Positions 48,948 to 58,325 of a DNA stretch of 64,000 nt are shown piece after piece. Below the pieces are notes generated by a model. The model searched no databases. It was not told the DNA's origin and saw nothing but the letters and a program-made list of their open reading frames with translations. Within the stretch, counting starts at the first letter, position 1, and every line of letters starts with the position of its first letter. This DNA is from a candidate division FCPU426 bacterium (lineage in GTDB: Bacteria; Oederibacteriota; Muellerivitia; Muellerivitales; Muellerivitaceae): contig CAVTWJ010000014.1 of assembly GCA_963738405.1 (NCBI GenBank), forward strand, positions 215,151 through 279,150. The letters run 5' to 3'. A program made the position numbers and the translations under genes.

Positions 48948-49655
48948 ATGTCATCCATTCCCCACCATTCCCATCATGAAAAACACTCAGGCTCCAGCCA
49001 GACCCTCCGAGATTTGGTGGTGGGGCTTTCGGATGGTTTAACCGTACCCTTCGCCCTGGCCGCCGGTTTAACCGGGGTGGTTTCCAACAACTCTTTGATT
49101 CTTCTCGCCGGGTTGACCGAAATCATCGCCGGTACCATTTCCATGGGTTTGGGCGGTTTTTTAGCGGGCAAAACCGATTTGGAGCGGTACGAAGGCGAAC
49201 AGAAGAGGGAGGAAAGGGAGATCCGTGAAATCCCCAAGGAAGAGAAGGCGGAAATACGCCAGCTGCTGGGAGAATTCGGCATCACCCGCAAAACCCAGGA
49301 CAAGGTGGCCGACGACCTTTCCAAGAACCCGGCCCTTTGGGTCAATTTCATGATGCGTTTTGAGCTGGGCCTGGAAAAACCGGACCCCGCCCAAGCCTAT
49401 TCCAGCGCCCTCCGGATCGGCCTTTCTTACGCGGTGGGGGGATTGGTTCCTCTTTCGGCTTATCTTTTGACCCCCAATCCAGCGGCTGGCTTGGTCTATT
49501 CTTCCATCATTACCCTTATCTGCCTTCTTCTTTTCGGCTACTGGAAGGCCCGCCTCACCGGCCAGCCCCCCCTTCGGGGCGCCGTGACGGTCACCCTCAT
49601 CGGGGTCTTGGCCGCCGGCGCCGCTTACGGCTTGGCCCATCTCATCAAGGGTTGA
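48948..49655 (+). CDS. VIT1/CCC1 family Fe/Mn transporter
   Basis: RDLVVGLSDGLTVPFALAAG, EIIAGTISMGLGG, FMMRFELG. Confidence 0.92.
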   Translation: MSSIPHHSHHEKHSGSSQTLRDLVVGLSDGLTVPFALAAGLTGVVSNNSLILLAGLTEIIAGTISMGLGGFLAGKTDLERYEGEQKREEREIREIPKEEKAEIRQLLGEFGITRKTQDKVADDLSKNPALWVNFMMRFELGLEKPDPAQAYSSALRIGLSYAVGGLVPLSAYLLTPNPAAGLVYSSIITLICLLLFGYWKARLTGQPPLRGAVTVTLIGVLAAGAAYGLAHLIKG

Positions 49656-49963
49656 TCCAGGTCATACTTTCCGTTTATCCATAAAAATTAGAATCGAACC
49701 CGAAGCCAAGAAAGGGTTCGTTATGTCCGGCTGGTCCTGCCCCCATCAAACGGGGGATTACCAATGTCAAAGGGTTAAGATCGCCTGCCATCCCGGCATG
49801 AAGGGCTGTGTCCTGCGGGGCAAGGTGGTTTTCGCTTCCGCTGAACCCGATTTGTTTCCGGAAAAAATTCCTCAAAATCTATCCGACAAGCCTCCCGCCC
49901 AAAGCAAAGCGGGCGGACCGCCTAAAAAGCAAACCACAAGGACAAGATTATGAGTGAAGTCAT

Positions 49964-50359
49964 ATGGCTTCCTTGTCTTTAACCCCTAAACTTTTCATCG
50001 TATCAATGACAGCCCTTCTTTATTTGGGGGAAATGGTCTGGGGCTTTCCCTGCAGGGGAGAAACACCCACCCCGGCCGCGAAACAAATCGTGAAAGGTTT
50101 CCAACCCAGGTTTTCAGCCAAGACCCGGGGGCTTTTCTTGAAACGCTGCGCCTATTGCCACCTTTTCAAGGACCTGGAAGGCCCCCCCTATCGGGATTTA
50201 TCCCTGATCGGGCAGACAAGGTCGAAAGAATATATCGAGGGCTATATCCGAAATCCTTCGGGGCTGAACCCCAGAGCGGTCATGCCGGGATTTGAAAACC
50301 TGGTCTCGGCCAAGCAAATCGATACTTTGGCCCAATATCTGTACCAGGCGGGAAGATAA
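49964..50359 (+). CDS. Monoheme class I cytochrome c
   Basis: N-terminal hydrophobic segment, CAYCH, distal VMPGF. Confidence 0.75.
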   Translation: MASLSLTPKLFIVSMTALLYLGEMVWGFPCRGETPTPAAKQIVKGFQPRFSAKTRGLFLKRCAYCHLFKDLEGPPYRDLSLIGQTRSKEYIEGYIRNPSGLNPRAVMPGFENLVSAKQIDTLAQYLYQAGR

Positions 50360-50386
50360 CCCCGCCTTATTTAAAGGAACGATGTC

Positions 50387-50917
50387 ATGGCTCAAAAAAC
50401 AGCCAAAACGATCACCGAACTGAATCAATTTCACAAAGAATTGGATCAGCTCTTCTTCGAGCATCAGGCCGCGTTATTGAAGGGGGACTTCCCCCAATCC
50501 CTCTCCATGTTGAAACGCTTTGAAAAGGCGCTGTTTCAGCACATGAAGGAGGAGGATGAAATCCTGCTTCCCCTTTACCGCCAACGCGCCGCGCAAATCA
50601 GGGGCGGGGACGTGGAGATTTTTTCATTCGAGCACACCAAAATCACCGAATGGTTCTACCGCCTGAACCTGCGGGCCTCCCGTTTAAGCCGAAGCGACAC
50701 GAATTGGAAGGAGATTATTTCCCTCTTCGACGACGAGGCCCAATTTAAGCGCTATATGGAACACCACTCGGTCCGGGAAGATAGGATTTTTTATCCCGAG
50801 GTTGAGAGGGTCGTGGACGAGAAGGAAAAGGAACAGCTGGTAAGGCTTCTCACCTTCACCATGGAAGATTTCAAGGATGTCGAAGAGGATGTTCCTCCGC
50901 CCCCGCTATCCGATTAG
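50387..50917 (+). CDS. Hemerythrin-like domain protein
   Basis: H..., HMKEEDEILLP, EH, HHSVREDRIFYP. Confidence 0.8.
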   Translation: MAQKTAKTITELNQFHKELDQLFFEHQAALLKGDFPQSLSMLKRFEKALFQHMKEEDEILLPLYRQRAAQIRGGDVEIFSFEHTKITEWFYRLNLRASRLSRSDTNWKEIISLFDDEAQFKRYMEHHSVREDRIFYPEVERVVDEKEKEQLVRLLTFTMEDFKDVEEDVPPPPLSD

Positions 50918-51694
50918 CCAAGCCCCCATCAACAAAAGGGCGAAGACCGCCGAATGGGCCATTTCCCGCATTCCTAATTTCATGAGCGGCAGGGAAGTTT
51001 TTCCATAACTCACCCCCGCCAACACCCTCAAAAAAGCCCAACCCGGGGCCAGTCCCCAGGCCCAACCAGGCGCTCCAAAAACCGCGATCAGCAAAAACAC
51101 GATATGGAAAAGTAAAATCCATTTCCCTTCCCCAAATCTTTTAAGGGCATCCCATCTTTCACCCTTCCTGGAACGGGCCAGCCAATTCTGCCGAAGCTTC
51201 ACGTATCCGATGCTTAAAATAAAATAAGCGGTTAAGAGGCTGGAAAGCCAAATGATTTTGGGTAGGTTTGGCTTTGTAGCCATCAAAGCCAATACCGGCG
51301 TCAGCAAACCCAGCCCCGTAAAGCCCAAGGCTTCAATCAACCAATGGCGAAGGTTACGTTTTATGAAGGCGAGGGTTAAAAGGGCCAGCCCTAAGGGAAA
51401 CCCAGCTTCCACCGCCAGCGTTTTTGCCATTCCCGGCGCCCTCATCCAAAAATCCAATCCCGCGCACGCCGCCGTCAGGACCAACACAAAAGCCCAGCCC
51501 AAAGCCAGCCGGGAACGCCCCTTGTCCACCCGCCGGTATTGAAGCCAGGTTTGTATGGGCGCCCGCAGGATAAAGCCGGAAAACCAAAGCAGGGTTGCGT
51601 CTAAACCCGCCAGGCAAAAAGCGCCCTGGCAGGCCCAGCCCATCAGCGCCGCCAAGCACAAGACATTCCAAGCGCCGTGTTCTTTCGGAAACAA
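50906..51694 (-). CDS. YwiC-like membrane protein
   Basis: N-terminal PKEHGAW and C-terminal KLGMRE motifs; multi-TM. Confidence 0.75.
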   Translation of the reverse strand: MFPKEHGAWNVLCLAALMGWACQGAFCLAGLDATLLWFSGFILRAPIQTWLQYRRVDKGRSRLALGWAFVLVLTAACAGLDFWMRAPGMAKTLAVEAGFPLGLALLTLAFIKRNLRHWLIEALGFTGLGLLTPVLALMATKPNLPKIIWLSSLLTAYFILSIGYVKLRQNWLARSRKGERWDALKRFGEGKWILLFHIVFLLIAVFGAPGWAWGLAPGWAFLRVLAGVSYGKTSLPLMKLGMREMAHSAVFALLLMGAWLIG

Positions 51695-51707
51695 TAGATG
51701 TTAGGTT

Positions 51708-51962
51708 TTAGGTGTGATGGGTGGAGGCGGCTGTTTTACGTTTATGGAACCGGTAAAGCGTGAGGGCGAAGATGCCAATCAGGACCAGAGGCATGAAGGC
51801 GAGGATGATATAAGCCACCAGGTAGCTGTCTAAAAGATGGCCGTTGTTGATGCGCCGGACGGCTTCCGCGCAAAAGGGGCAGGCGAAGAGGGAGGCGGGG
51901 AGAACACACACCACCGCTCCCAAAACCATAAGGATCGGCAGCCGCGAAGCCAAGTTTCTCAC
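51708..51962 (-). CDS. Small membrane protein with CPFC motif in the oxidase operon
   Basis: Signal-like N-terminus, ACPFC, C-terminal TM; overlaps the subunit III stop. Confidence 0.6.
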   Translation of the reverse strand: MRNLASRLPILMVLGAVVCVLPASLFACPFCAEAVRRINNGHLLDSYLVAYIILAFMPLVLIGIFALTLYRFHKRKTAASTHHT

Positions 51963-52543
51963 CAGAGGTAGAGCACGGAAAAGAGGACGATCCAGACTCC
52001 GTCCACGAAATGCCAGTAGAGCCCGATGTTATCCACCAGATGATGGTTGGCCTTGGAAAGCTTGTTAGCCGCCATGCGCCAATAGAGAAGGCTCAAGAGG
52101 CAGATGCCCACAAACACGTGGAGCCCGTGGAACCCGGTGAGCGAAAAGAAAACCGAGCCGTAAGTGGAAGAAGAAAGGCTCAAGGTTTCAGCCATCAATC
52201 GGCTGTATTCGAAGGCCTGTATGCTCAAAAAGAGGGCGCCCAAGAGAATCGTGAAGCCCAGCCAACCCAGAAATTTACCCTTTTGATTTTTGCGGTAGAA
52301 CACTTCGGCGAAGTGGAAGGTAATACTGGAGGACAAAAGGAAAAAGGTGTTGATGCCCGTCAATAGCACGTTCAGGTGGGGCTGGCTGGCGGGGGGCCAA
52401 ACCGGCTGGGATCCTCGAAGCACCAAGTAACCCGAAATCAGGGTCACGAACATCATGCTTTCCGAAATCAAAAAGATCAGCATGCCCATGCGGGGCGTGG
52501 GAAAACCCGTGTAGGATTCTTCTACGGCCGTTTCAGAACTCAT
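51959..52543 (-). CDS. coxC: Heme-copper oxidase subunit III (short form)
   Basis: FLISE, NTFFLLSSS, TGFHGLHV, YWHFVD. Confidence 0.9.
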   Translation of the reverse strand: MSSETAVEESYTGFPTPRMGMLIFLISESMMFVTLISGYLVLRGSQPVWPPASQPHLNVLLTGINTFFLLSSSITFHFAEVFYRKNQKGKFLGWLGFTILLGALFLSIQAFEYSRLMAETLSLSSSTYGSVFFSLTGFHGLHVFVGICLLSLLYWRMAANKLSKANHHLVDNIGLYWHFVDGVWIVLFSVLYLW

Positions 52544-52566
52544 CGCCGCTCCTTAAGTTTCTTAAA

Positions 52567-54288
52567 TCAGCCCGCGCCGGGCGCGGGTTCGATTTGCGTC
52601 AAAAAGTCTTTGTCCTTCACCTCGGGGTTCCCGTATTCGTGGGGCCCGTTGATCACCACCGGCAGATCGTGCCCGAAGTTCAAATGGGGCGGGGGCGAAG
52701 GGACGGTCCATTCCAAGGTGCCGGCTTCCCAGGGGTTTTCCGGGGCCTTCTTACCGAAGAACATGCTGTAAAAGAAGTTGAAGATAAAAAACAACTGGGC
52801 CGTTCCCAAAACCATGACCCCGTGGGTGATGAGCTGGTTCAGGGGCTGAAGAGGCTTGAAGATTTCGTAGGCGTAGGGGTCGGCCACGCGGCGCATCAGG
52901 CCCGCCATGCCCACCCGAAACATCACCAAAAAGACCACGTTGACCGAGATGAAGGTGAACCAGAAGTGGATCTTGCCCAGGGTGTCGTTCATCATCCGGC
53001 CGAACATCTTGGGGAACCAGAAATAGATGGCCGAGAAGGAGCCCAAAAAGACCGACATGGCCATGGTGTAGTGGAAGTGCGCCACCACAAAGTAGGTGCC
53101 GTGGAAGTAGATATCCATGGTGCGGGAAGCCAAAAGGATTCCGGTGAGCCCGCCGATGGCGAACACGAAGATGACCCCGATGGCGAAAAGCATGGGGGTG
53201 GTGTAACGGATATTGCCCCGCCACATGGTGGCCAGCCAGTTAAAGAAGAAGATGGCCGAGGGGATGGAAATGAGCATGGTGAGGGATTGGAAAGCCTTGC
53301 CCATGGCCGGGCTCATGCCGGAGATGAACATGTGATGGCCCCAAACGACCGTGCTTAGGCAGGTGATGATGAACATGGAAAGGGCCGTCAGCTTGTAGCC
53401 GAAGGCGGGCTTGCGGGAAAACACCGCCAGCACGTCGGACACCACGCCCCAGACGGGGAGAATGAGAATGTAAACTTCCGGATGCCCGAAGGCCCAAAAG
53501 ATATGCTGGTAGAGAAGGGGCTGGCCCGCCTGTGCGGGGTTGATGGCCACGCCGGTGAAAAAGTGTGTGCCCATGGTGCGGTCAAAGATGAGCATGATAA
53601 GCCCCACCGCGATGACAGGTACGAAAGCCAAGTTCAGCACGGCGGTCATGAAAAGACCCCAGATGGTGAGGGGAAGTTTCCAGATGGTCATTCCCTTGGC
53701 CCTTAGGTTGATCACCGTGGTGACATAGTTGATACCGCCCATAATGGAGGAGGTACCAAGAATCACGACGGCCAGGGCCCAAAGGGTTTCACCCGCGCCG
53801 GGGGTGTAGGTGGCCGAACTTAAAGGAGGATAGCCCGTCCATCCGGCGGAAGCGGTCTGCTCGCCGAAGTAGGACATCAGAAGAAGAACACCGGCAATGG
53901 GCATGAGCCAATAGGAAAGCATGTTAAGAACGGGGAAGGCCATGTCCCGAGCGCCGATCTGCAGGGGGATCAAGTAATTGCCCAAGGCGCCGATGGCGAT
54001 CGGCGTGATGGCGAAGAAGATCATGATGGTCCCGTGCAGGGTAATCAGCGTGGTGTAAATTTCAGGCGTGGCGGCCCCGCCGGAACCGGGAAACATCAGC
54101 ATTCCGAAGATGGGCGCCGGCGTCCAGGGGTTGGCGACCTGCCAGCGGATCAGGTAGGCCATGATCCCGCCGAAGAGAAGGAAAAACAGCCCGTAAAACA
54201 GAAACTGGCGGCCGATGACCTTGTGATCCAGCGAGAAAATGTATTTCGTCCAGAAAGAACTCGGATCAGAGTGTTCGTGTTCGCTCAT
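52567..54288 (-). CDS. coxA: Cytochrome c oxidase subunit I, type A1
   Basis: DHKVIG, HGTIM, DMAFP, FGHPEVY (A1 Glu), VWGHH, HFHY, RR; start MSEHEH after a GGAGG RBS. Confidence 0.93.
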   Translation of the reverse strand: MSEHEHSDPSSFWTKYIFSLDHKVIGRQFLFYGLFFLLFGGIMAYLIRWQVANPWTPAPIFGMLMFPGSGGAATPEIYTTLITLHGTIMIFFAITPIAIGALGNYLIPLQIGARDMAFPVLNMLSYWLMPIAGVLLLMSYFGEQTASAGWTGYPPLSSATYTPGAGETLWALAVVILGTSSIMGGINYVTTVINLRAKGMTIWKLPLTIWGLFMTAVLNLAFVPVIAVGLIMLIFDRTMGTHFFTGVAINPAQAGQPLLYQHIFWAFGHPEVYILILPVWGVVSDVLAVFSRKPAFGYKLTALSMFIITCLSTVVWGHHMFISGMSPAMGKAFQSLTMLISIPSAIFFFNWLATMWRGNIRYTTPMLFAIGVIFVFAIGGLTGILLASRTMDIYFHGTYFVVAHFHYTMAMSVFLGSFSAIYFWFPKMFGRMMNDTLGKIHFWFTFISVNVVFLVMFRVGMAGLMRRVADPYAYEIFKPLQPLNQLITHGVMVLGTAQLFFIFNFFYSMFFGKKAPENPWEAGTLEWTVPSPPPHLNFGHDLPVVINGPHEYGNPEVKDKDFLTQIEPAPGAG

Positions 54289-54289
54289 G

Positions 54290-55090
54290 TTATCTCTCCT
54301 CCCAGCCCCAGCCCCAATTGTTGGCGGGGTCCGGGTCGCGGTCTTTGGCGGCATCCGCTAAAAACTTCTCAAAATCGGCTTCATCCTCAACCGTCATATA
54401 ACCCTTCATGCGGTAATGGCCCAGCCCGCAAAGCTCCGAACAAGCCAGGGTATATTGTCCGGTTTCTTTGGCCTCGAAAGCCACCTGGGTCACCAGGCCG
54501 GGCATGGCGTCCTGCCGTACCCGTAGATTGGGAAGGTAAAAGCTGTGGATCACGTCGCCCGAGGTGACCTGCACGAAGATGGGGCGGTTCACGGGGATAT
54601 GAAGCTGGTCGAGGGTAGTGATATCGGTGGCGGTACCGAAGGTTTTGTTGTCCATGGAGTAGCGGATGCGCCACTCGAACTGGCGGCCCTGAACCTCAAC
54701 GCGCAGGCATTGGGCCCGGTCATATTGCTTTCCATATAACAGGTCGTAATCTTCGTTGGAACGGTGGATGACGTTTAAGTCAATCGCCCCGAAAACGGTG
54801 GCGGCCAGGGCGAAGGTGACCACCCGTTCGATCAAACCGGTGCCGTGGGTGTAAAAGGCCTTATGGCCCGGGCGGTTGCGGTATAGGATGGGGAATAGGA
54901 TCAGGGCGGCGACGACCACGACAAAAAAGGCCCCGGTAAGCCAGAAGGAGAAAATGACCAAATTATCGATTCGGTCGCCGTCGGCTGAGATATTTTTAGG
55001 AAACCAGGGAGCCGTATCGGCTAAAACCCTTTGGGTTTGGATCACCAATATCGATAAAAGCAGAACTAAAGACCTTAGAAAAAAGGGCAT
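54290..55090 (-). CDS. coxB: Cytochrome c oxidase subunit II (CuA)
   Basis: QFEWRIRY, DVIHSF, CSELCGLGHYRM. Confidence 0.92.
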   Translation of the reverse strand: MPFFLRSLVLLLSILVIQTQRVLADTAPWFPKNISADGDRIDNLVIFSFWLTGAFFVVVVAALILFPILYRNRPGHKAFYTHGTGLIERVVTFALAATVFGAIDLNVIHRSNEDYDLLYGKQYDRAQCLRVEVQGRQFEWRIRYSMDNKTFGTATDITTLDQLHIPVNRPIFVQVTSGDVIHSFYLPNLRVRQDAMPGLVTQVAFEAKETGQYTLACSELCGLGHYRMKGYMTVEDEADFEKFLADAAKDRDPDPANNWGWGWEER

Positions 55091-55276
55091 TCGAGAAAGT
55101 TCCTCCCCAAAAAGTTGGCAGTAGATTATAGGCCCCACAAATGGGATTCAATATATAAAAAACATAATCACAAAGACAAAGTATTTCTTCTTAACTTTTC
55201 GGAGATTGTGAGCCGTCTCATAGGCCCGTCGATGGCAAAATGTAAAAATTCGTCACCCAACCCAAGCGAGGCGCCA

Positions 55277-56311
55277 ATGGAACCCCAAGCGATTGAATTT
55301 CCCATGGCCGAGGCCAAGGGCATTTGTAAGGACCTTTTCGAGGCCGACCCCAAAATCTATTGGACCGACTTTCTTTTTAACGCCTGCGTAGGCTGGGGCG
55401 CCTTTGTTTTGGCGGCTCGTGAGCCCAATTTTTCCCCTCTTCAAATAGCGGCCTTTTTATTGGCCGGATTCACCCTTTATCGGGCGGTGATTTTTGTTCA
55501 CGAGCTGACCCATTTGAAAAAAGGAACCTTCCGGGGTTTTCATATTGTTTGGAATCTTCTCGCCGGTTTTCCACTGATGGTTCCCTCCCAGCTTTATATG
55601 GGAGTGCATATCGACCACCACAAGCAAAGCTATTACGGAACTAAAAACGACAAGGAATACTTCCCCTTCGCCATCTCCAAGCCTTTCAGAATTCCGCTGT
55701 TTCTTTTCACTATGCTTTTGGCCCCGGGGATTTTTCTAATCCGCTTTGCTCTTTTAACCCCGCTTTCTTACATCATTCAACCTCTTCGGAAACCCCTTTG
55801 GGAATACGCTTCTTCCTTGGCGGTGGGAACGGGAAACAAACGGCCCACGCCCACCGATAAGGAAAAATATATCTGGTGGATTCAGGAATTCTTAACCTTC
55901 GCTTATGCGGCCACCGGGGTAAGCCTGATGGTGTTTGGGATTTGGCCCTGGAAGGTTTTGGTGCTTTGGTATTTGGCGGCGGTGTTTATTCTTTTTACCA
56001 ACGGCCTGCGAACCCTGGTGGCCCATTGCTACCGCAACCCGCCGGATCGGGAGATGCAATTCTCCGAACAGTTTTTGGATTCCATTGATATCCCCGGAAA
56101 TTTCTTCACGACGCCGTTGTGGGCCCCCGTGGGGTTAAGGTTTCACGCCACCCATCACTTGTTTCCCGGCATGCCCTACCACAACCTGGGAAAGGCCCAC
56201 CGGAAGTTGATGAAGGAACTGCCGGAGGAAAACCCCTATCCGTTAGCGATGAGAAAAAGTCTTTTAAGCGCGCTTGCGCAGTTGTGGAAAGAAGCATCGG
56301 AGAACCGGTAG
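55277..56311 (+). CDS. Fatty acid desaturase family protein
   Basis: HELTH, HIDHH, HATHH His boxes; PYHNL. Confidence 0.85.
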   Translation: MEPQAIEFPMAEAKGICKDLFEADPKIYWTDFLFNACVGWGAFVLAAREPNFSPLQIAAFLLAGFTLYRAVIFVHELTHLKKGTFRGFHIVWNLLAGFPLMVPSQLYMGVHIDHHKQSYYGTKNDKEYFPFAISKPFRIPLFLFTMLLAPGIFLIRFALLTPLSYIIQPLRKPLWEYASSLAVGTGNKRPTPTDKEKYIWWIQEFLTFAYAATGVSLMVFGIWPWKVLVLWYLAAVFILFTNGLRTLVAHCYRNPPDREMQFSEQFLDSIDIPGNFFTTPLWAPVGLRFHATHHLFPGMPYHNLGKAHRKLMKELPEENPYPLAMRKSLLSALAQLWKEASENR

Positions 56312-56356
56312 ACCTTTAGATTGTTCATGACAAGTTCACCACAGGAATAAAGTCTC

Positions 56357-57490
56357 TTAGTGCAAAGCCTTGTGCTTTGATTCTATTAATTTCTCATCGT
56401 TTAATTGTTTAAGAAACATTTTCGCCGGATAGAAATCCTTTTGAGCCGCTAGAGTATAAAGTTGAATTGCTTTTTGAGGGTCGGCTGTTACACCTTGACC
56501 AACTTCGTACATCATTCCCAAACTAAATTGAGCCGCAGGAAAACCCTGGTCAGCAGCTTTTTGATACCATTTGAGGGCCAAGCCATAATCTTTCGGCTCG
56601 CCACAACCTCCCATTTGATAGTTCGAACCAAGACCAAATTCCCATTTCGGTTCACCCTTTTCGGCCAAAAACTTGACCATAAAATCATTGTCGATAAAGA
56701 AATACCAATAATCACCCAAAGCAAATACGCCCAGAATAAAAACCAAAATCCACGAGCGAAACTTTACTCGTTTCTGAATGGTCACAACCGTACCCGCTAA
56801 ATAATCGTGAAGCGCTCGTTTTTTATAGTTAATTAAGAGGATAACAGTTTCGCTTAAAATCCAAATCCACCAAACCAAACTCATTTTATCGAAAATTTTC
56901 CCAAAAAAATCAGAAGGCAACGCGGAAAACATTGAGGGGTTTGTAAAAATCATTCCCGGTGTAATTACCATAAAATATACGAGGATTGCTTTTAATAAAT
57001 AACCTGCATCATTCAGGATTGTGAGTGATTCTCGAAGCAAAACCTCTTTCCAAGTCAATTTTTGTAAATCTGATCTAACAACTACGATTCCTACAAGCAT
57101 TTTGCCGGGGGTTTGGCCCCAAAAACGGTACATGTAGATTTCCAATATCAACCAGCTAATCAAAGCAAAGCTATATTTGAAATAATCGTAAAAGGTGCTT
57201 CCCCAAATGGCATATAAAGTCAAACACCATAAACTGATAAAGCCCCAATCAGCGATTAAACTTCCACAACGCACCCAGAATCCGGCATATGAAACATCGG
57301 ATGGGTCCGCCCTTCTGACTTTCAACTCTTTTTCTTGAGTGAAAACAAGGATGAACCCGATAATGACAAACATAACGCCTGTCGCCAAATGTCCTAGATC
57401 TTCATACCCGAATACAAAAAAAAGAATCGCCACTAGGAAAGATAAGGCGATATACCAATCATTCCGGAGATTCGTTGGATCAACTGACAT
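56357..57490 (-). CDS. RDD domain + Sel1-like repeat membrane protein (AT-rich)
   Basis: YAGFWVR..D, GQTPGKML, RALHDYLAGTVV; ALKWYQKAADQG..AQFSLGMMY. Confidence 0.85.
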   Translation of the reverse strand: MSVDPTNLRNDWYIALSFLVAILFFVFGYEDLGHLATGVMFVIIGFILVFTQEKELKVRRADPSDVSYAGFWVRCGSLIADWGFISLWCLTLYAIWGSTFYDYFKYSFALISWLILEIYMYRFWGQTPGKMLVGIVVVRSDLQKLTWKEVLLRESLTILNDAGYLLKAILVYFMVITPGMIFTNPSMFSALPSDFFGKIFDKMSLVWWIWILSETVILLINYKKRALHDYLAGTVVTIQKRVKFRSWILVFILGVFALGDYWYFFIDNDFMVKFLAEKGEPKWEFGLGSNYQMGGCGEPKDYGLALKWYQKAADQGFPAAQFSLGMMYEVGQGVTADPQKAIQLYTLAAQKDFYPAKMFLKQLNDEKLIESKHKALH

Positions 57491-57611
57491 ATAAAACACC
57501 TTCCAATCGCAGATAACTTACCGAGATATTATTTTAAACTTTTGATACAAAAACTTATCCCTTAAGAATTCCCATTGCTGACGAGGTCAGGGAAATCAGC
57601 CTTATACCTTC

Positions 57612-57722
57612 TCATTCCATCAACTTAATTAGAAGCATCATCCCCACCCCGACTAGGATGGCGAAGAACTGGATGAGCGCCCGGGCGCTTTTAACATCCC
57701 GATGAAGCTGAGGGAACAAGTC
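57612..57722 (-). repeat. Displaced second copy of the ZIP gene 3' end (37 codons)
   Basis: Direct repeat of 58326-58436; encodes DLFPQLHRDVKSARALIQFFAILVGVGMMLLIKLME*. Confidence 0.9.
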
Positions 57723-57741
57723 GGTCTCAGTGATGTAAAAG

Positions 57742-57978
57742 TTAAAAAGGGACGACTTCAACTGGCAGGTGTTTTCGGCGGGCGTTTTCAACATGGGCTT
57801 CCAGGTCTTTCGCGGCTCCGGTGGAAATCCACTCTTCCCCGCACAAGTCACAGATATCGGCTGGAACATTGCGGACCACAACCACCCCGTCGCCTATCTC
57901 AGCCGTGAAAGTGGCCTTTCCAGGCTTTTTGGTTCCACCACAAAGGGGGCAGGTTTTTCCGGATAAATTTTCGGTCAT
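57742..57978 (-). CDS. YgiT-type/MqsA-like zinc finger, putative antitoxin
   Basis: CPLCGG...VRNVPADICDLCGE. Confidence 0.8.
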   Translation of the reverse strand: MTENLSGKTCPLCGGTKKPGKATFTAEIGDGVVVVRNVPADICDLCGEEWISTGAAKDLEAHVENARRKHLPVEVVPF

Positions 57979-58295
57979 GGTTTTTTCCTTGCCCGAAAGC
58001 CTGGCTCAAAGTGCTCCAAGTCGGGTTCATACACGGTAATAATATACAACCATTCCTGGGCGTCATCCACGGCCACAACGGCATGAATAGGCTGTTGGCC
58101 GTTCCAACCCATAATCAAAGCCGTGGGAAAAGGCTTGCGATCATCTTCCTTTTCAAGCACATCCCACTGCCTCAGCACTTCCAAAACCTTACCCTGGGAA
58201 ATACCCCGTTCCGCCGCCCTTTCCAAGGCGTGCAATCTCCAATCGAAACAACCTTTATCAAGCAATACAGAAATAAGGACTTTATCGAAACCCAT
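57975..58295 (-). CDS. DUF4258-like putative RelE-fold toxin
   Basis: HALERAAERGIS, PIHAVV, IITVYEP; ATGA overlap with the zinc-finger gene. Confidence 0.8.
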   Translation of the reverse strand: MGFDKVLISVLLDKGCFDWRLHALERAAERGISQGKVLEVLRQWDVLEKEDDRKPFPTALIMGWNGQQPIHAVVAVDDAQEWLYIITVYEPDLEHFEPGFRARKKP

Positions 58296-58325
58296 TTAGT
58301 CCGCCCAAAGCAAAGTTCCGAAGCT

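Noticed and set aside
49723..49953. 76-aa ORF between VIT1 and cytochrome c
   Set aside because: No recognisable family and a weak RBS; cannot be supported as a gene
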